Of a stretch of DNA of 64,000 nt, positions 43,959 through 54,656 are shown in pieces. Numbering within the stretch: position 1 is the first letter of the stretch; the number at the start of each line of letters is the position of its first letter. Below the pieces are notes generated by a model. The model worked only from the letters and a program-made list of their open reading frames with translations, did not search any database and was not told the DNA's origin. This DNA comes from Bacteroidales bacterium UBA1715. GTDB taxonomy: Bacteria > Bacteroidota > Bacteroidia > Bacteroidales > UBA1715. Made by a program: the position numbers and the translations under genes. The stretch covers positions 4,529 through 68,528 of the forward strand of contig DCIX01000041.1 of NCBI GenBank assembly GCA_002317135.1, in the 5' to 3' direction.

Positions 43959-46900
43959 ATGAGTCTAATAAACAACATTTTACGCAAAATATTCGGTGGA
44001 ACACAATCCGAAAAAAATATACGCGAAATTCTTCCATTGGTTACAAAAATCAATGAATTCGAAGAAAAATTGAACAATGGCACTGCCGATGAACTTCGTG
44101 CTGCAACAAAAGACTTGCAAAATCGTATAGCAACTGCCATTAAACCTCAAGAAGATAAAATCGCTGAACTACAAGCAAAACTCGAAGACGAAGACATCAC
44201 TTCTGTAGAGGAACGTGAGGCTATGTACGACACTATCGATGATTTGAAAAAGGAAATTGATGATGTTATCGCACAAAAACTTGACGAAATTCTTCCTGAA
44301 GCATTCGCTATCGTAAAAAATACAGCTCGTCGTTTCGCAAACAATTCAACTATTGCAGTTACTGCTTCGGAATACGATAGAGATTTGGCAGCAATCTACC
44401 CACACATCACAATCGAAGGCGATAAAGCCATTTGGAGCAACACTTGGATTGCCGGTGGAAACCCTATTACATGGGATATGATTCACTACGATGTACAGTT
44501 GATTGGTGGTACTATTCTTCACCAAGGTAAGATTGCAGAAATGGCTACTGGTGAAGGTAAAACACTTGTGGCTACTCTACCAGTGTTCTTAAACGCACTT
44601 CCTTGCCGTGGCGTACATGTTGTTACTGTGAACGACTACTTGGCAAAACGTGATGCTGAATGGATGGGGCCTATCTTCCAATTCCACGGATTGAAAGTTG
44701 ACTGCATTGACAAGCACCAACCAAACTCAGAATCTCGCCGTCAGGCATACGCTGCCGATATTACATACGGTACAAACAATGAATTCGGTTTCGACTACTT
44801 GCGCGACAATATGGCAATTCGTCCAGATGAATTAGTACAACGACCTCACAACTATGCAATTGTCGACGAGGTTGACTCGGTTCTTATCGACGACGCGAGA
44901 ACTCCGTTAATTATTTCTGGTCCTGTTTCGAAAAAAACTAACGGCGACGAACTATTCGTAGAATACCGTCCTGCAGTTGAGCGATTGTATAATGCACAAA
45001 AAGCTTTGTTTACAAAGACTTTCGCCGAAGCAAAAACGTTGATTAATTCTCCAAAGAAAGAAGAAGCCGAAGAAGGTGCTAAATTGTTACTTCGTGCTTA
45101 CAAGGCATTGCCAAAGACAAATTCACTTATCAAATTCTTGAGCGAACAAGGTATGAAAACTCTGTTGACTAAAACAGAGAATGTCTATATGGCTGAAAAT
45201 AACAAATATATGCACATCATTACAGATGACTTATTCTTTGTTATTGATGAAAAGAACAACATTATTGAATTAACCGAAAAAGGTATTGACTTCCTTTCTT
45301 CTGACCGTGAAGACAAGAACTTCTTCGTACTTCCTGACATTGGAGACAAGATTGCTGAAATTGAAAAATCAGCAAAAACTGCCGAAGAAAAACTAGAAGA
45401 AAAAGAACAGTTGATTCAAGACTACGCAATCAAATCGGAACGCGTACACACTATCAACCAATTATTAAAAGCATACGCCCTATTCACTATCGACCAAGAA
45501 TATGTTGTAATCGACAATCAAGTTAAGATTGTTGACGAACAAACAGGTCGTATTATGGAAGGTCGCCGTTATTCCGACGGTCTTCACCAAGCAATCGAAG
45601 CAAAAGAGCGCGTAAAAGTTGAAGCTGCTACACAAACGCACGCAACTATTACTTTGCAGAACTACTTCCGTATGTATAAAAAGCTTGCCGGTATGACCGG
45701 TACAGCCGAAACAGAAGCGAAAGAGTTTTGGGACATTTACAAAATGGAAGTTGTTGCCGCTCCTACAAATAAACCTGTTGCTCGTCTTGACCATGACGAT
45801 TTAATCTACAAAACTCGTCGTGAGAAATTCAATGCGGTTATCGACCATGTGGAAGAATTGATAAAAGAAGGTCGTCCTGTATTGGTTGGTACGACTTCCG
45901 TTGAAATTTCGGAATTGCTTTCTCGTATGTTGAAAATCAGAAAGTTACCACATACTGTATTGAATGCGAAGTTGCACCAAAAAGAAGCGGAAATCGTTGC
46001 TCTTGCTGGTCAACCTGGACATATTACTATTGCAACAAATATGGCTGGTCGTGGTACCGATATCAAACTTTCGGAAGATGTAAAAGCTGCTGGTGGTCTT
46101 GCAATTATTGGTACAGAACGTCACGATTCTCGTCGTGTTGACCGTCAGTTGCGTGGTCGTGCCGGTCGTCAAGGAGACCCTGGAAGTTCACAATTCTTCG
46201 TATCGTTGGAAGACGACTTGATGCGTAAGTTCGGCTCCGAAAGAATTGCCCGCATTATGGACAAGATGGGATTGGAAGAAGGCGAAGTAATACAACATTC
46301 AATGATTTCGAAATCAATAGAACGTGCGCAACAAAAAGTTGAAGAGAACTTCTTCGGTATTCGTAAACGTTTGTTGGAATACGATGATGTAATGAACTCA
46401 CAACGCGAAGTTATCTACACCAAACGTCGTCATGCCCTATTCGGCGACCGTATCGGTATAGACTTTGCGAATATGATGTACGACACTTGCGTAAGTCTTG
46501 TTTCGTCTTCGCAAGGAGCAATAGAATTTGAAGAATTCAAGTTTGAATTGCTTCGTATTTTGTCATTGGAATGTCCAGTAAGTGAACAAGAATATCTTAA
46601 ATTAAGTCAAGAAGAACTTACAGAACGAATTTATCAGGCTGTGCTTGAAATCTACAACAACAGAGTTCAAACTATCGCAAAACAAGCAAATCCTGTTATT
46701 CAACAAGTATTTACTACACAAAGTGCGACATACAAGAACATAGTTGTTCCTATTTCAGAAGGCAGACGCATTTTCCAAGTTGTTACTAACCTTGAAAAAG
46801 CAGCCAAAACAGAAGGCCGCGAACTTGTTCGTTCATTCTTGAAGACAATCATTCTTGTAAGCATTGACGAAGCATGGAAAGAACACCTTCGTGAACTTGA

Positions 46901-47282
46901 CGAGTTGAAACAATCGGTACAAAACGCTTCTTACGAGCACAAAGATCCATTGTTGATTTACAAGTTCGAATCTTTCGACTTATTCCAAGCTATGCTAGAA
47001 AAAGTAAACAAAGAAGTTGTTTCGAGTGTATTGAAAGCACATATTCCACTACAAGCAAAAGCTGAGGAAGCACAAGAACGCCGTAATTCTTCTATGAACA
47101 ATATGCAAACGAAGAAAGAAGACACTACTCCATCGAATGCTCCACAAGACACAAGACAACAACAAAAAACTATGCCAGTTCACAATGAATTGAAAATAGG
47201 AAGAAACGATCCTTGTCCATGCGGTAGCGGTAAGAAATACAAGAACTGCCACGGACGCAGCGGTGCAGATTCGTTAGAATAG
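43959..47282 (+). CDS. secA: preprotein translocase ATPase SecA
   Basis: 1107 aa. [14 protein letters not shown] Walker [20 protein letters not shown], and C-terminal zinc motif [14 protein letters not shown]. Confidence 0.97.
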   Translation: MSLINNILRKIFGGTQSEKNIREILPLVTKINEFEEKLNNGTADELRAATKDLQNRIATAIKPQEDKIAELQAKLEDEDITSVEEREAMYDTIDDLKKEIDDVIAQKLDEILPEAFAIVKNTARRFANNSTIAVTASEYDRDLAAIYPHITIEGDKAIWSNTWIAGGNPITWDMIHYDVQLIGGTILHQGKIAEMATGEGKTLVATLPVFLNALPCRGVHVVTVNDYLAKRDAEWMGPIFQFHGLKVDCIDKHQPNSESRRQAYAADITYGTNNEFGFDYLRDNMAIRPDELVQRPHNYAIVDEVDSVLIDDARTPLIISGPVSKKTNGDELFVEYRPAVERLYNAQKALFTKTFAEAKTLINSPKKEEAEEGAKLLLRAYKALPKTNSLIKFLSEQGMKTLLTKTENVYMAENNKYMHIITDDLFFVIDEKNNIIELTEKGIDFLSSDREDKNFFVLPDIGDKIAEIEKSAKTAEEKLEEKEQLIQDYAIKSERVHTINQLLKAYALFTIDQEYVVIDNQVKIVDEQTGRIMEGRRYSDGLHQAIEAKERVKVEAATQTHATITLQNYFRMYKKLAGMTGTAETEAKEFWDIYKMEVVAAPTNKPVARLDHDDLIYKTRREKFNAVIDHVEELIKEGRPVLVGTTSVEISELLSRMLKIRKLPHTVLNAKLHQKEAEIVALAGQPGHITIATNMAGRGTDIKLSEDVKAAGGLAIIGTERHDSRRVDRQLRGRAGRQGDPGSSQFFVSLEDDLMRKFGSERIARIMDKMGLEEGEVIQHSMISKSIERAQQKVEENFFGIRKRLLEYDDVMNSQREVIYTKRRHALFGDRIGIDFANMMYDTCVSLVSSSQGAIEFEEFKFELLRILSLECPVSEQEYLKLSQEELTERIYQAVLEIYNNRVQTIAKQANPVIQQVFTTQSATYKNIVVPISEGRRIFQVVTNLEKAAKTEGRELVRSFLKTIILVSIDEAWKEHLRELDELKQSVQNASYEHKDPLLIYKFESFDLFQAMLEKVNKEVVSSVLKAHIPLQAKAEEAQERRNSSMNNMQTKKEDTTPSNAPQDTRQQQKTMPVHNELKIGRNDPCPCGSGKKYKNCHGRSGADSLE

Positions 47283-47304
47283 AATTTGATACTTTATCTA
47301 TACC

Positions 47305-47335
47305 AAAAAAGCCGTTCAAATGAACGGCTTTTTTG
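47305..47335 (+). terminator. intrinsic terminator after secA
   Basis: Stem gccgttc / gaacggc with loop aaat, followed by TTTTTT; an A-run lies upstream. Confidence 0.75.
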
Positions 47336-47478
47336 GTTACTATGCCACAATATTATCTAAACGAAAGGCTATCGTAGTGAGTACAATATGAAACAAAGTG
47401 ACAATAACAACCATATTCGCCACCTTTTTTTAACACTTCACTTAACTGAACTCTTAACACACTAAACTTGTAAGACTA

Positions 47479-48828
47479 TTATGCTATCGTGCTATCAATG
47501 ATGTAATTATTATGTATATTACGTATGGTTCTTTGAAATGTTTGCCATACATGGAAAATATCATACTCCTTTTTATTACAGCCCGCAGTAAAAATAACGT
47601 TTTCCGTATAGCAATCTACAATTACATTTCCTTCCTTTGTGAAATTTGCTACCAATGATGGTTGACCAGGTTTTCTTATTGCAATATCAGTACGACATGA
47701 ATCAACAACACAAAGTGGCAATAACAAATTTACAGCCTCATATTCATTAGACTTAAACAAATCCATTATTATTCTATAAAATTCATCTGCACTACATCCG
47801 ATTTTATGAAAATACACGTATAATTTGAATATTGGAAGACTCATTGATAATTCTACATTTATACGAGGGACTTGAATAGTTTTAACTTTAAACTCCGACA
47901 TAACATCCATTTCGTAAATACGCTTTACATCTCGAATAGATAGCATTGAAAATTTATCTGCTAACATTTTATTTTCAATTACAACCGCAGATACGCAATT
48001 ATATAGCAACAATGTGTTTCTTATTTCTGAATACAATTGAAATTGTGCTCTTTCTGCTATTGAAAATTCAAATGGCAAGTCGGTATGGAACTTTCGCATA
48101 TATCCTTCGAAATTTGCTTTTTCACCATAAAAATGATGAAAGATATGTTCCGTTGCAGTATAATCCATAACTGAAATTATATGCGAAAAACCGAATTTGT
48201 TTGTAGATTTTTCTTGTGGTTGGTCTATATGAGCACCTAAAACATTGAGTATGCGAAATAAATGTGCAGGGTCTAGTCTATCCAAATCTTCTATTATCAG
48301 AACAGACTTTTCCTTTACATAGCCTAAAATTTTTTGTATAGTTTGGGTATAAACATCATTTTCATAAATACTACCTTTTGTATTCTTGAATGAGGCAAGA
48401 TATTTATCTACTGTTTGGGATTTTTCGGCATATTTTTTTGCAGACTTTAGAATATGTTTTGCTATAGGTAAAACAGAACAAGTCCCAGCCAATAAGTATA
48501 GTACATCAAATGCGTTTTCTAGTGTTATAATAGATTCACAAAAGGCTTTCCAATCTGCTTTATCAAAAGTATATTTTTTTTGTGATAACTGAACGAGAAT
48601 ATCACGTTTTATGTATTCAAATATATCCTCATTGGTTGCTACAGAATAATTTACTGGATATATAGTTAGGAAGAACAAATCATCCTTGTGCTTTTCCTTA
48701 AATTGTTTTAGGAAAAACGTTTTACCATCACCAAAACGTGCAGACAAAATCACACGTGGATTTTGAGAAAGATGTTTTTCAAACTTCTCAAGTTCTGAAC
48801 CTATAGATATTTCTAGTTCTTTTGACAT
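47479..48828 (-). CDS. KAP-family-like P-loop NTPase, last gene of type I R-M operon 2
   Basis: Walker A ARFGDGKT and Walker B-type VLIIEDLDRLDP (the KAP-typical DDLDR pattern). The start lies 1 nt after the hsdS stop. AT-rich: hand count 16/60 G+C at 47761-47820. Confidence 0.75.
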   Translation of the reverse strand: MSKELEISIGSELEKFEKHLSQNPRVILSARFGDGKTFFLKQFKEKHKDDLFFLTIYPVNYSVATNEDIFEYIKRDILVQLSQKKYTFDKADWKAFCESIITLENAFDVLYLLAGTCSVLPIAKHILKSAKKYAEKSQTVDKYLASFKNTKGSIYENDVYTQTIQKILGYVKEKSVLIIEDLDRLDPAHLFRILNVLGAHIDQPQEKSTNKFGFSHIISVMDYTATEHIFHHFYGEKANFEGYMRKFHTDLPFEFSIAERAQFQLYSEIRNTLLLYNCVSAVVIENKMLADKFSMLSIRDVKRIYEMDVMSEFKVKTIQVPRINVELSMSLPIFKLYVYFHKIGCSADEFYRIIMDLFKSNEYEAVNLLLPLCVVDSCRTDIAIRKPGQPSLVANFTKEGNVIVDCYTENVIFTAGCNKKEYDIFHVWQTFQRTIRNIHNNYIIDSTIA

Positions 48829-48829
48829 T

Positions 48830-49564
48830 CTATCTCAAATTATCTATTTTTTCAAATATTTCTTCTATATTTCTCACTATCTCTTTTTGCTCTGCTAGTG
48901 GCGGAAGAGGAACTAGAAAGTCACTGATTACTCCCAAACTGATATTTGCCCTTGCTGTATCTACTGTTCCTTTTGTCATTTGCTCAAAAGCAAATGGAGT
49001 ATTAAGCATTTTTACTATAAATTGCCCCATCTGAAGATGCGAGAGTCGAATTATAGCGACTGCTTGATTTGTGTTTGCATCATTTATTTCAAGGTTAAAA
49101 AGTGCTGTTCTACCTATTGAACCACCGACAATGTTTGTCAATACATCTCCTTGTTTTAAGATTGAACGAGGTTGTATTTCATTGAATTTTCGTTCTACAA
49201 ATTTCTTATTTTCCCAAAGCAATTTTTCTTTTCCTACATTTTCGCTTGTAACAAATAAAATACCTTTGTTTTCATCAACATAGTTAACACCTTGCCATTT
49301 AGGAGATGCTCCTTTGGTTATACTATCACTTATTTCCCCCAACCTACACCAACACCACGATTCTGGAATATCAAACGGAATCTCGTCGTCGGTAATTGGT
49401 TCAAAGGTTTGTTTTTTGCCTTTGGTTGCAGGTCGGTGCTTTTGTATTTCGGCAAGCAGTTGCGCACCTGATTGAGTTGGTTTATTTTTCTTTCGCCATT
49501 CGGCAGTAAGATTACCACAAATGGCTTCTTGGAGTATGCTGTTGCGTAGTTGTTGTGCGTTCAT
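48830..49564 (-). CDS. hsdS: half-size type I R-M specificity subunit (single TRD)
   Basis: 244 aa. It begins in a conserved helical segment (LRNSILQEAICGNL), has one TRD, and ends with the conserved PLPPLAEQKEIVRNIEEIFEKID. Confidence 0.85.
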   Translation of the reverse strand: MNAQQLRNSILQEAICGNLTAEWRKKNKPTQSGAQLLAEIQKHRPATKGKKQTFEPITDDEIPFDIPESWCWCRLGEISDSITKGASPKWQGVNYVDENKGILFVTSENVGKEKLLWENKKFVERKFNEIQPRSILKQGDVLTNIVGGSIGRTALFNLEINDANTNQAVAIIRLSHLQMGQFIVKMLNTPFAFEQMTKGTVDTARANISLGVISDFLVPLPPLAEQKEIVRNIEEIFEKIDNLR

Positions 49565-49570
49565 CTGTGG

Positions 49571-50611
49571 CTATTTAGTTATTTGATTTTGTTTTGCAAT
49601 AGCAATTGCACGTTGCAAACGTTGTGCAAGTACTTGCTTGTCGGGTAATTGTGTATAATACTGAGCCACTTTTACTGGCGATGTCTCGTCAAGCATCAAA
49701 TATTCAATATGTTCGGTATTTCCTTCGGAGCAAAGTATTAAGCCTATTGGGCTTTCTTCTCCTTCTTTGCGTTCGTGTTTGTCCAGGTACCGTAAATAGA
49801 GTCGCATTTGTCCTTCGTGTTCGGGCTTGAATTTGCCAATTTTTAGATCAATAGCAATCATTCTGCGTAATGATCTATGTAAGAAAAGCAAGTCTAAATG
49901 GTAGTCAACACCATCAACAGGAATACGTTTTTGGCGAGCCAGAAATGCGAAATCAGTCCCTAATTCTTGTAAAAAGGTCTCCATTTGTGTCACTATGGAT
50001 TTCTCTAAATCTGATTCAGAGAAAACGTCTGGTAAGCCAAGCATATCAAGAAAGTAAGAACTCTTAAACACCATATCGGGAACTATCTGATTGGTTTGTT
50101 CAACCTTTTCTAGTTCTTGTTTTATAAGTTCGTCGGGCCTACGACTCAATGCTGTACGTTCGTATAGCTGGCTGTCAATTTTCTGATCAAGTGTGCGAGT
50201 ATTCCAATGTTCAAGCGCACACATTTCCATATAAAATTTACGAGCAAGTTCATTCTCAATATACATAAACGAACGTATGTGCGTCCAACTGAATTGTCTA
50301 CGCACCGCGTAGGCAATTTGCTCTTCCGAAAAAGTCTCCGCACTGCGTAGACAATGAAGCAACTGCTTATCGCTCCAACCTTTTCCATATTTTTCGGTAA
50401 GTTTTACCGAAAGATTTTTTATAACTTGCTTACCATAGTCAGCTCGTTTGTTTTGCAACACATCTTCTTTTATGCGTTTGCCCACATACCAATAAGTCAT
50501 TACCACTTGCGTGTTGGCATATAAAGCAATATTGGTTCGTGCATTATTTATTATTGTACAAACATCGCTTAAAAGTTTTTGATCGTTATGTTGTATATTC
50601 AATTCATCCAT
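49571..50611 (-). CDS. DUF1016 / YhcG-type PD-(D/E)xK nuclease-family protein
   Basis: TYWYVGKRIKEDVLQNKRADYGKQVIKNLSVKLTEKYGKGWSDKQLLHCLR matches the DUF1016 N-terminal pattern. The C-terminal region DLLFLHRSLRRMIAIDLKIGK is nuclease-like. Confidence 0.82.
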   Translation of the reverse strand: MDELNIQHNDQKLLSDVCTIINNARTNIALYANTQVVMTYWYVGKRIKEDVLQNKRADYGKQVIKNLSVKLTEKYGKGWSDKQLLHCLRSAETFSEEQIAYAVRRQFSWTHIRSFMYIENELARKFYMEMCALEHWNTRTLDQKIDSQLYERTALSRRPDELIKQELEKVEQTNQIVPDMVFKSSYFLDMLGLPDVFSESDLEKSIVTQMETFLQELGTDFAFLARQKRIPVDGVDYHLDLLFLHRSLRRMIAIDLKIGKFKPEHEGQMRLYLRYLDKHERKEGEESPIGLILCSEGNTEHIEYLMLDETSPVKVAQYYTQLPDKQVLAQRLQRAIAIAKQNQITK

Positions 50612-50625
50612 AAATAATGTGCGAT

Positions 50626-52143
50626 TTATTCTATTGTTATACCCAACAGCTCTTGTATTTTATTGAGTGTGCTATCTATTTTAGCATCAAGTGCTGCACG
50701 TTGTTCGTGATATTCTGCTAGCAATTCCTTAGGTTCAAGTATTATTTCTTCTTCTTTTGGATATTTGCAAAGATCAAAGTTGTAGCCTAGTTCAGCAAGT
50801 TCTTGTGCAGTGTAGCACTTTGATTTATAACCAACAACCTCGCCGTCTTCGTTGCATTCAGGCATTTCAACACGATTTTCCCACCAATCTTTCACCACTT
50901 GCATATGCTCGTCTTTTATTGGCTTTGTCTTGCTAAAATGCTTCTGGTTTGCTGGCATATCCATACGATAAAACCACACATCTTTTGTATTGTAACTATT
51001 AGGAGCACCTTCTGCTTTTTTATTATCAAAGAAAAGGACATTGGTTGTAATACTTGTATATGGAGCAAAAACCGATTGTGGCAAACGAATAATTGTGTGC
51101 AAATTGAATTGAGAGAGCAGAATCTTTTTCACTTCAATAGAAGCATTGTCGGTGCCAAACAGAAATCCGTCGGGAATAATAACCCCAGCTCTACCATTTG
51201 CTTTCAATCGTTTTGTTATATACGCAAGGAATAAAACTGCCGTTTCCGAAGTTCGTACACTCTCAGGAAAGTTTGTCAATTCTCCAGCCGTTGTCATACC
51301 GCCGTATGGAGGGTTCATACCGATTACATCTACTTTTTCTTTTTCCTCGTAATCGTTTATATTTTTGACAAATGCTGTCCCGCTCGTTAAGTCAGGATTA
51401 TCAATACCGTGAACCAACATATTTGTGGCACAAAGCAAATAAGGAATTGCCTTTAATTCACAACCAACAACAGCATTTTGGAATTGAGCTACCTGTTTTT
51501 CGGTTTTTACACCTTGTTTATTCAAATGATCTATAGCGGCAGTAAGAAAACCACCTGTACCACACGCAAAGTCACCAAACTTTTCACCAAGTACAGGATT
51601 GAGTTGTTCAACTATAAAATTGGTAACTGCACGAGGAGTGTAGTATTCTCCTGTTTCCTTGCTACTTTGCATTATGCGAAGCATTTCTTCATACATCTGC
51701 CCAAATAAATGGCGTTGTTTTGCATCGTGGTAGTTTAGTTCGTTAACTAAATTTACCAATTCACGCAACTGATAGCCATTACGCATATGTTGCGTAAGCC
51801 CACTAAACACCTTACGAACAATTCTTTGGCGTGGTTCCAACCCCGAAACATCCATTGTCGCACAATGTTGGTAAATTTCGTTCAATCGTTGTACCAAAGC
51901 ATCACCAGTCATAGATTTTCCATCAGAACCAGGCATAGCCCACGCATTCCATTGGTATTCTTGCTTTAACGCAGAATGAAAGTCTTTGCCTTCGCTATCG
52001 GCCTCGTCCGCCCATTCTTCTTCAAGAGCATTGTATATGCGTAAAAACACTAATGAAACAAATTGTTCCAATCGTTGGTACTCTGTGCTTACGCTAGTAT
52101 CTGGGCGCATAATGTCACGTGCGCTTTTCCAAGTAAATGCCAT
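50626..52143 (-). CDS. hsdM: type I R-M DNA methyltransferase subunit M (system 2)
   Basis: Motif I GDFACGTGGFL and motif IV GMNPPYGG. Confidence 0.93.
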   Translation of the reverse strand: MAFTWKSARDIMRPDTSVSTEYQRLEQFVSLVFLRIYNALEEEWADEADSEGKDFHSALKQEYQWNAWAMPGSDGKSMTGDALVQRLNEIYQHCATMDVSGLEPRQRIVRKVFSGLTQHMRNGYQLRELVNLVNELNYHDAKQRHLFGQMYEEMLRIMQSSKETGEYYTPRAVTNFIVEQLNPVLGEKFGDFACGTGGFLTAAIDHLNKQGVKTEKQVAQFQNAVVGCELKAIPYLLCATNMLVHGIDNPDLTSGTAFVKNINDYEEKEKVDVIGMNPPYGGMTTAGELTNFPESVRTSETAVLFLAYITKRLKANGRAGVIIPDGFLFGTDNASIEVKKILLSQFNLHTIIRLPQSVFAPYTSITTNVLFFDNKKAEGAPNSYNTKDVWFYRMDMPANQKHFSKTKPIKDEHMQVVKDWWENRVEMPECNEDGEVVGYKSKCYTAQELAELGYNFDLCKYPKEEEIILEPKELLAEYHEQRAALDAKIDSTLNKIQELLGITIE

Positions 52144-52155
52144 AGTTTAATTGTA

Positions 52156-54471
52156 TTATGCGATTTGGTAAAATGTATCTTCTATTTCTTTAATTGCTTG
52201 TTTGTATTTATCTATACCACCAAACACAGTATTTTTTATGTAAACAGGCGAACCTATTGCTGCAATTTCATCAACCTTTAGCGCATCTTGTTTTTCAAAT
52301 GCAAGAATGCCAAATTGAGCATACGTATCAACAAGTATTTCTAAAACTCTACGAGCATCCTCATTGTATTTGTCAAGTAGCTTGCGTTCTTTCACTCTTC
52401 GTGCACGTTCCGCACGAAATAACATAGGTTGTTTGAAAGCAATATTACAAATAATGTCAAAAATATCCCGACCATTATAATTTTCTGGATATAGTTTACG
52501 TAATTCGGCAAAATTTATACCCTCGTTTTCTATAATGTCAACAATCTTCTGCTTACGTTCTTCCGCGTTCCATTTTTGTAGAAAATCGTCAAGAGACGAG
52601 AATATATTGGCAAAACGTTGATGGGTATAATCGCTATATTCAGTCGCAATAGGTTTACCATCTTTGCCAAGTACCATTCTTGTTTCACTATCAATTTTAA
52701 TTTCTTGACCATTCCCATCAATTATAGGCTTTAATACAGGAGTGCCACTTGTCTTCTTCTTTTTCTTGCTACCACTCCCTTTTCTTGTTGGAGGCTCTGG
52801 TTCACCATCAAAATCTTTTTCAAAAAATAGATTTGTAGCACCACGGAAATCAAGAATATCAAAATAGTACTTATGGTCTTCCACAATTCGTGTACCTCTA
52901 CCGATTATTTGTTTGAATTCCGTCATACTTGTAATCTGACGATACAACACAATCAAGCCAACAGTTTTCGTGTCAACCCCAGTAGAAAGTAATTGCGATG
53001 TAGTAACCACTGTAGGAACAGGGACAAGTTTAGAAATAAAGTTGGTTATTTCCTTTTTCCCTTCAGCATCACTTGCTGTAATACGCATAATATACTTATT
53101 CTGATTTTCAACCTGACGTTGTTCGTTAAAATGAATAAGAGCCTTGCGCATTTCAAACGCATCGATTTCTTCGTCACAAAAGACAATAGTTTTTGTCATA
53201 GGACCAATATCTTCCAAAAAATCAGTAATACGTTTTGCTGCAACTAAATAATGTTGCTTAATACCAAGTTTTCGAGGTAAATCGCTTTGATAAACAAAAT
53301 CACCTTCTATCTTTTCTTCAACACAAGAGGCTTCAACCTTATTTAATTTGTAGCCCTGTGAATCAATATTTATATTTACTTTGGTAACTCTATAAGGAGC
53401 AAGAAAACCATCATCAATACCTTGTTTTAAAGAATATGTATAAAGAGCTTTTCCAAAATATTCAATATTACTATTATTAGCATCTTTATCATCCCTTGGC
53501 GTTGCCGTCATACCAATGTGTGTTGCAGAGCTAAAATAGTCAAGGATTTTTCTCCATTCCGAATTCGCCTTTGCCGAACCTCTATGACACTCATCTATCA
53601 TTATTATATCAAAGAAGTCTCTATTGAATTGTTCATAAGGTTGTGGAGCTCCTTCTGGCAAATTATATTGCACCAATTGATGGTACAAACTCATAAAAAT
53701 CTCGTGACTTTGTGAGGCTGTACGTTGTTCAATCTTAACCATTTTTTTACCAAACGGCTTAAAATCTTGTGCCATTGTTTGGTCAATCAAGATATTTCTG
53801 TCGGCAAGATAAAGGATACGCAAATTTCCATTACTTGATTGCAACAAACGATATAATATTTGAAAGGCAGTGTATGTTTTTCCTGTTCCTGTCGCCATTA
53901 CAAACATCATTCGCTTTTGCCCTTGTGCAATAGCCTCTATAACTTTATCTATAACAATACGTTGATAATAGCGAGGTTCTTTTTTACCTTCAATATCGTA
54001 GTAATACTCTTTATTGATAATTTCAAGTTGTTGCGGAGTATAACTTTTGTTAAGACAGAATCTTTCCCATAATTCTTTTTGCGTAGGGAAAGCATCCATT
54101 CCAATAGTTTTTTCTCCCGCATTGGACATATCATAAAACTCGAAATTCTTTCCATTTGAGCTAAATGCAAAAGGAACATTTAACAAGTTAGCATAGTTTA
54201 TGGCTTGTTGAATACCTGTTCCATCGCTAGCACTATTACGCTTGGCTTCTACAACAGCCAACGGAGAGCCATTAGGAGCAAACAACAAATAGTCCGCAAA
54301 TAATGCCTTATCACGGTAATGTTCATCATCTTCATCAATATGAACACGTCCATCAGTAATTTTATATTCAAGTCGCATATTCTTAGGAAATTCCCAACCA
54401 GCCTTTGACAAAGCCTGATTTATGAACATACGAGTTTCCGTTTCGTTGTAATCAGCGATTTTTATATCCAC
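52156..54471 (-). CDS. hsdR: type I restriction endonuclease subunit R (system 2, short form)
   Basis: N-terminal nuclease motif ADYLLF...LAVVEAKR, Walker A MATGTGKTYTAF, and DEAH-like MIDECHRGSA. Confidence 0.92.
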   Translation of the reverse strand: MDIKIADYNETETRMFINQALSKAGWEFPKNMRLEYKITDGRVHIDEDDEHYRDKALFADYLLFAPNGSPLAVVEAKRNSASDGTGIQQAINYANLLNVPFAFSSNGKNFEFYDMSNAGEKTIGMDAFPTQKELWERFCLNKSYTPQQLEIINKEYYYDIEGKKEPRYYQRIVIDKVIEAIAQGQKRMMFVMATGTGKTYTAFQILYRLLQSSNGNLRILYLADRNILIDQTMAQDFKPFGKKMVKIEQRTASQSHEIFMSLYHQLVQYNLPEGAPQPYEQFNRDFFDIIMIDECHRGSAKANSEWRKILDYFSSATHIGMTATPRDDKDANNSNIEYFGKALYTYSLKQGIDDGFLAPYRVTKVNINIDSQGYKLNKVEASCVEEKIEGDFVYQSDLPRKLGIKQHYLVAAKRITDFLEDIGPMTKTIVFCDEEIDAFEMRKALIHFNEQRQVENQNKYIMRITASDAEGKKEITNFISKLVPVPTVVTTSQLLSTGVDTKTVGLIVLYRQITSMTEFKQIIGRGTRIVEDHKYYFDILDFRGATNLFFEKDFDGEPEPPTRKGSGSKKKKKTSGTPVLKPIIDGNGQEIKIDSETRMVLGKDGKPIATEYSDYTHQRFANIFSSLDDFLQKWNAEERKQKIVDIIENEGINFAELRKLYPENYNGRDIFDIICNIAFKQPMLFRAERARRVKERKLLDKYNEDARRVLEILVDTYAQFGILAFEKQDALKVDEIAAIGSPVYIKNTVFGGIDKYKQAIKEIEDTFYQIA

Positions 54472-54656
54472 GACTAAGATAGTTTGAATTACAACAAAGA
54501 TAATAAATTTTCTAATGAAAGACCATTAGGTTAACTGTAGATAAATCAAAAATTTATGAGGTTAGTCTTTACTTTTTAGTATGGAGATTGTTCGCTGCGT
54601 CCACAGTACCGAACCGTCGTATCCCCTTTTGTCTTTCGCCTTTAGCCTTTTGCCCT

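Noticed and set aside
47336-47478. Flanks of R-M island 2 (47336-47478 and 54472-54656) inspected for direct or inverted repeats marking insertion
   Set aside because: No convincing repeat was found by eye, and a proper alignment is needed. The pyrimidine-rich cctttNgcc run at 54630-54656 is too short to interpret.
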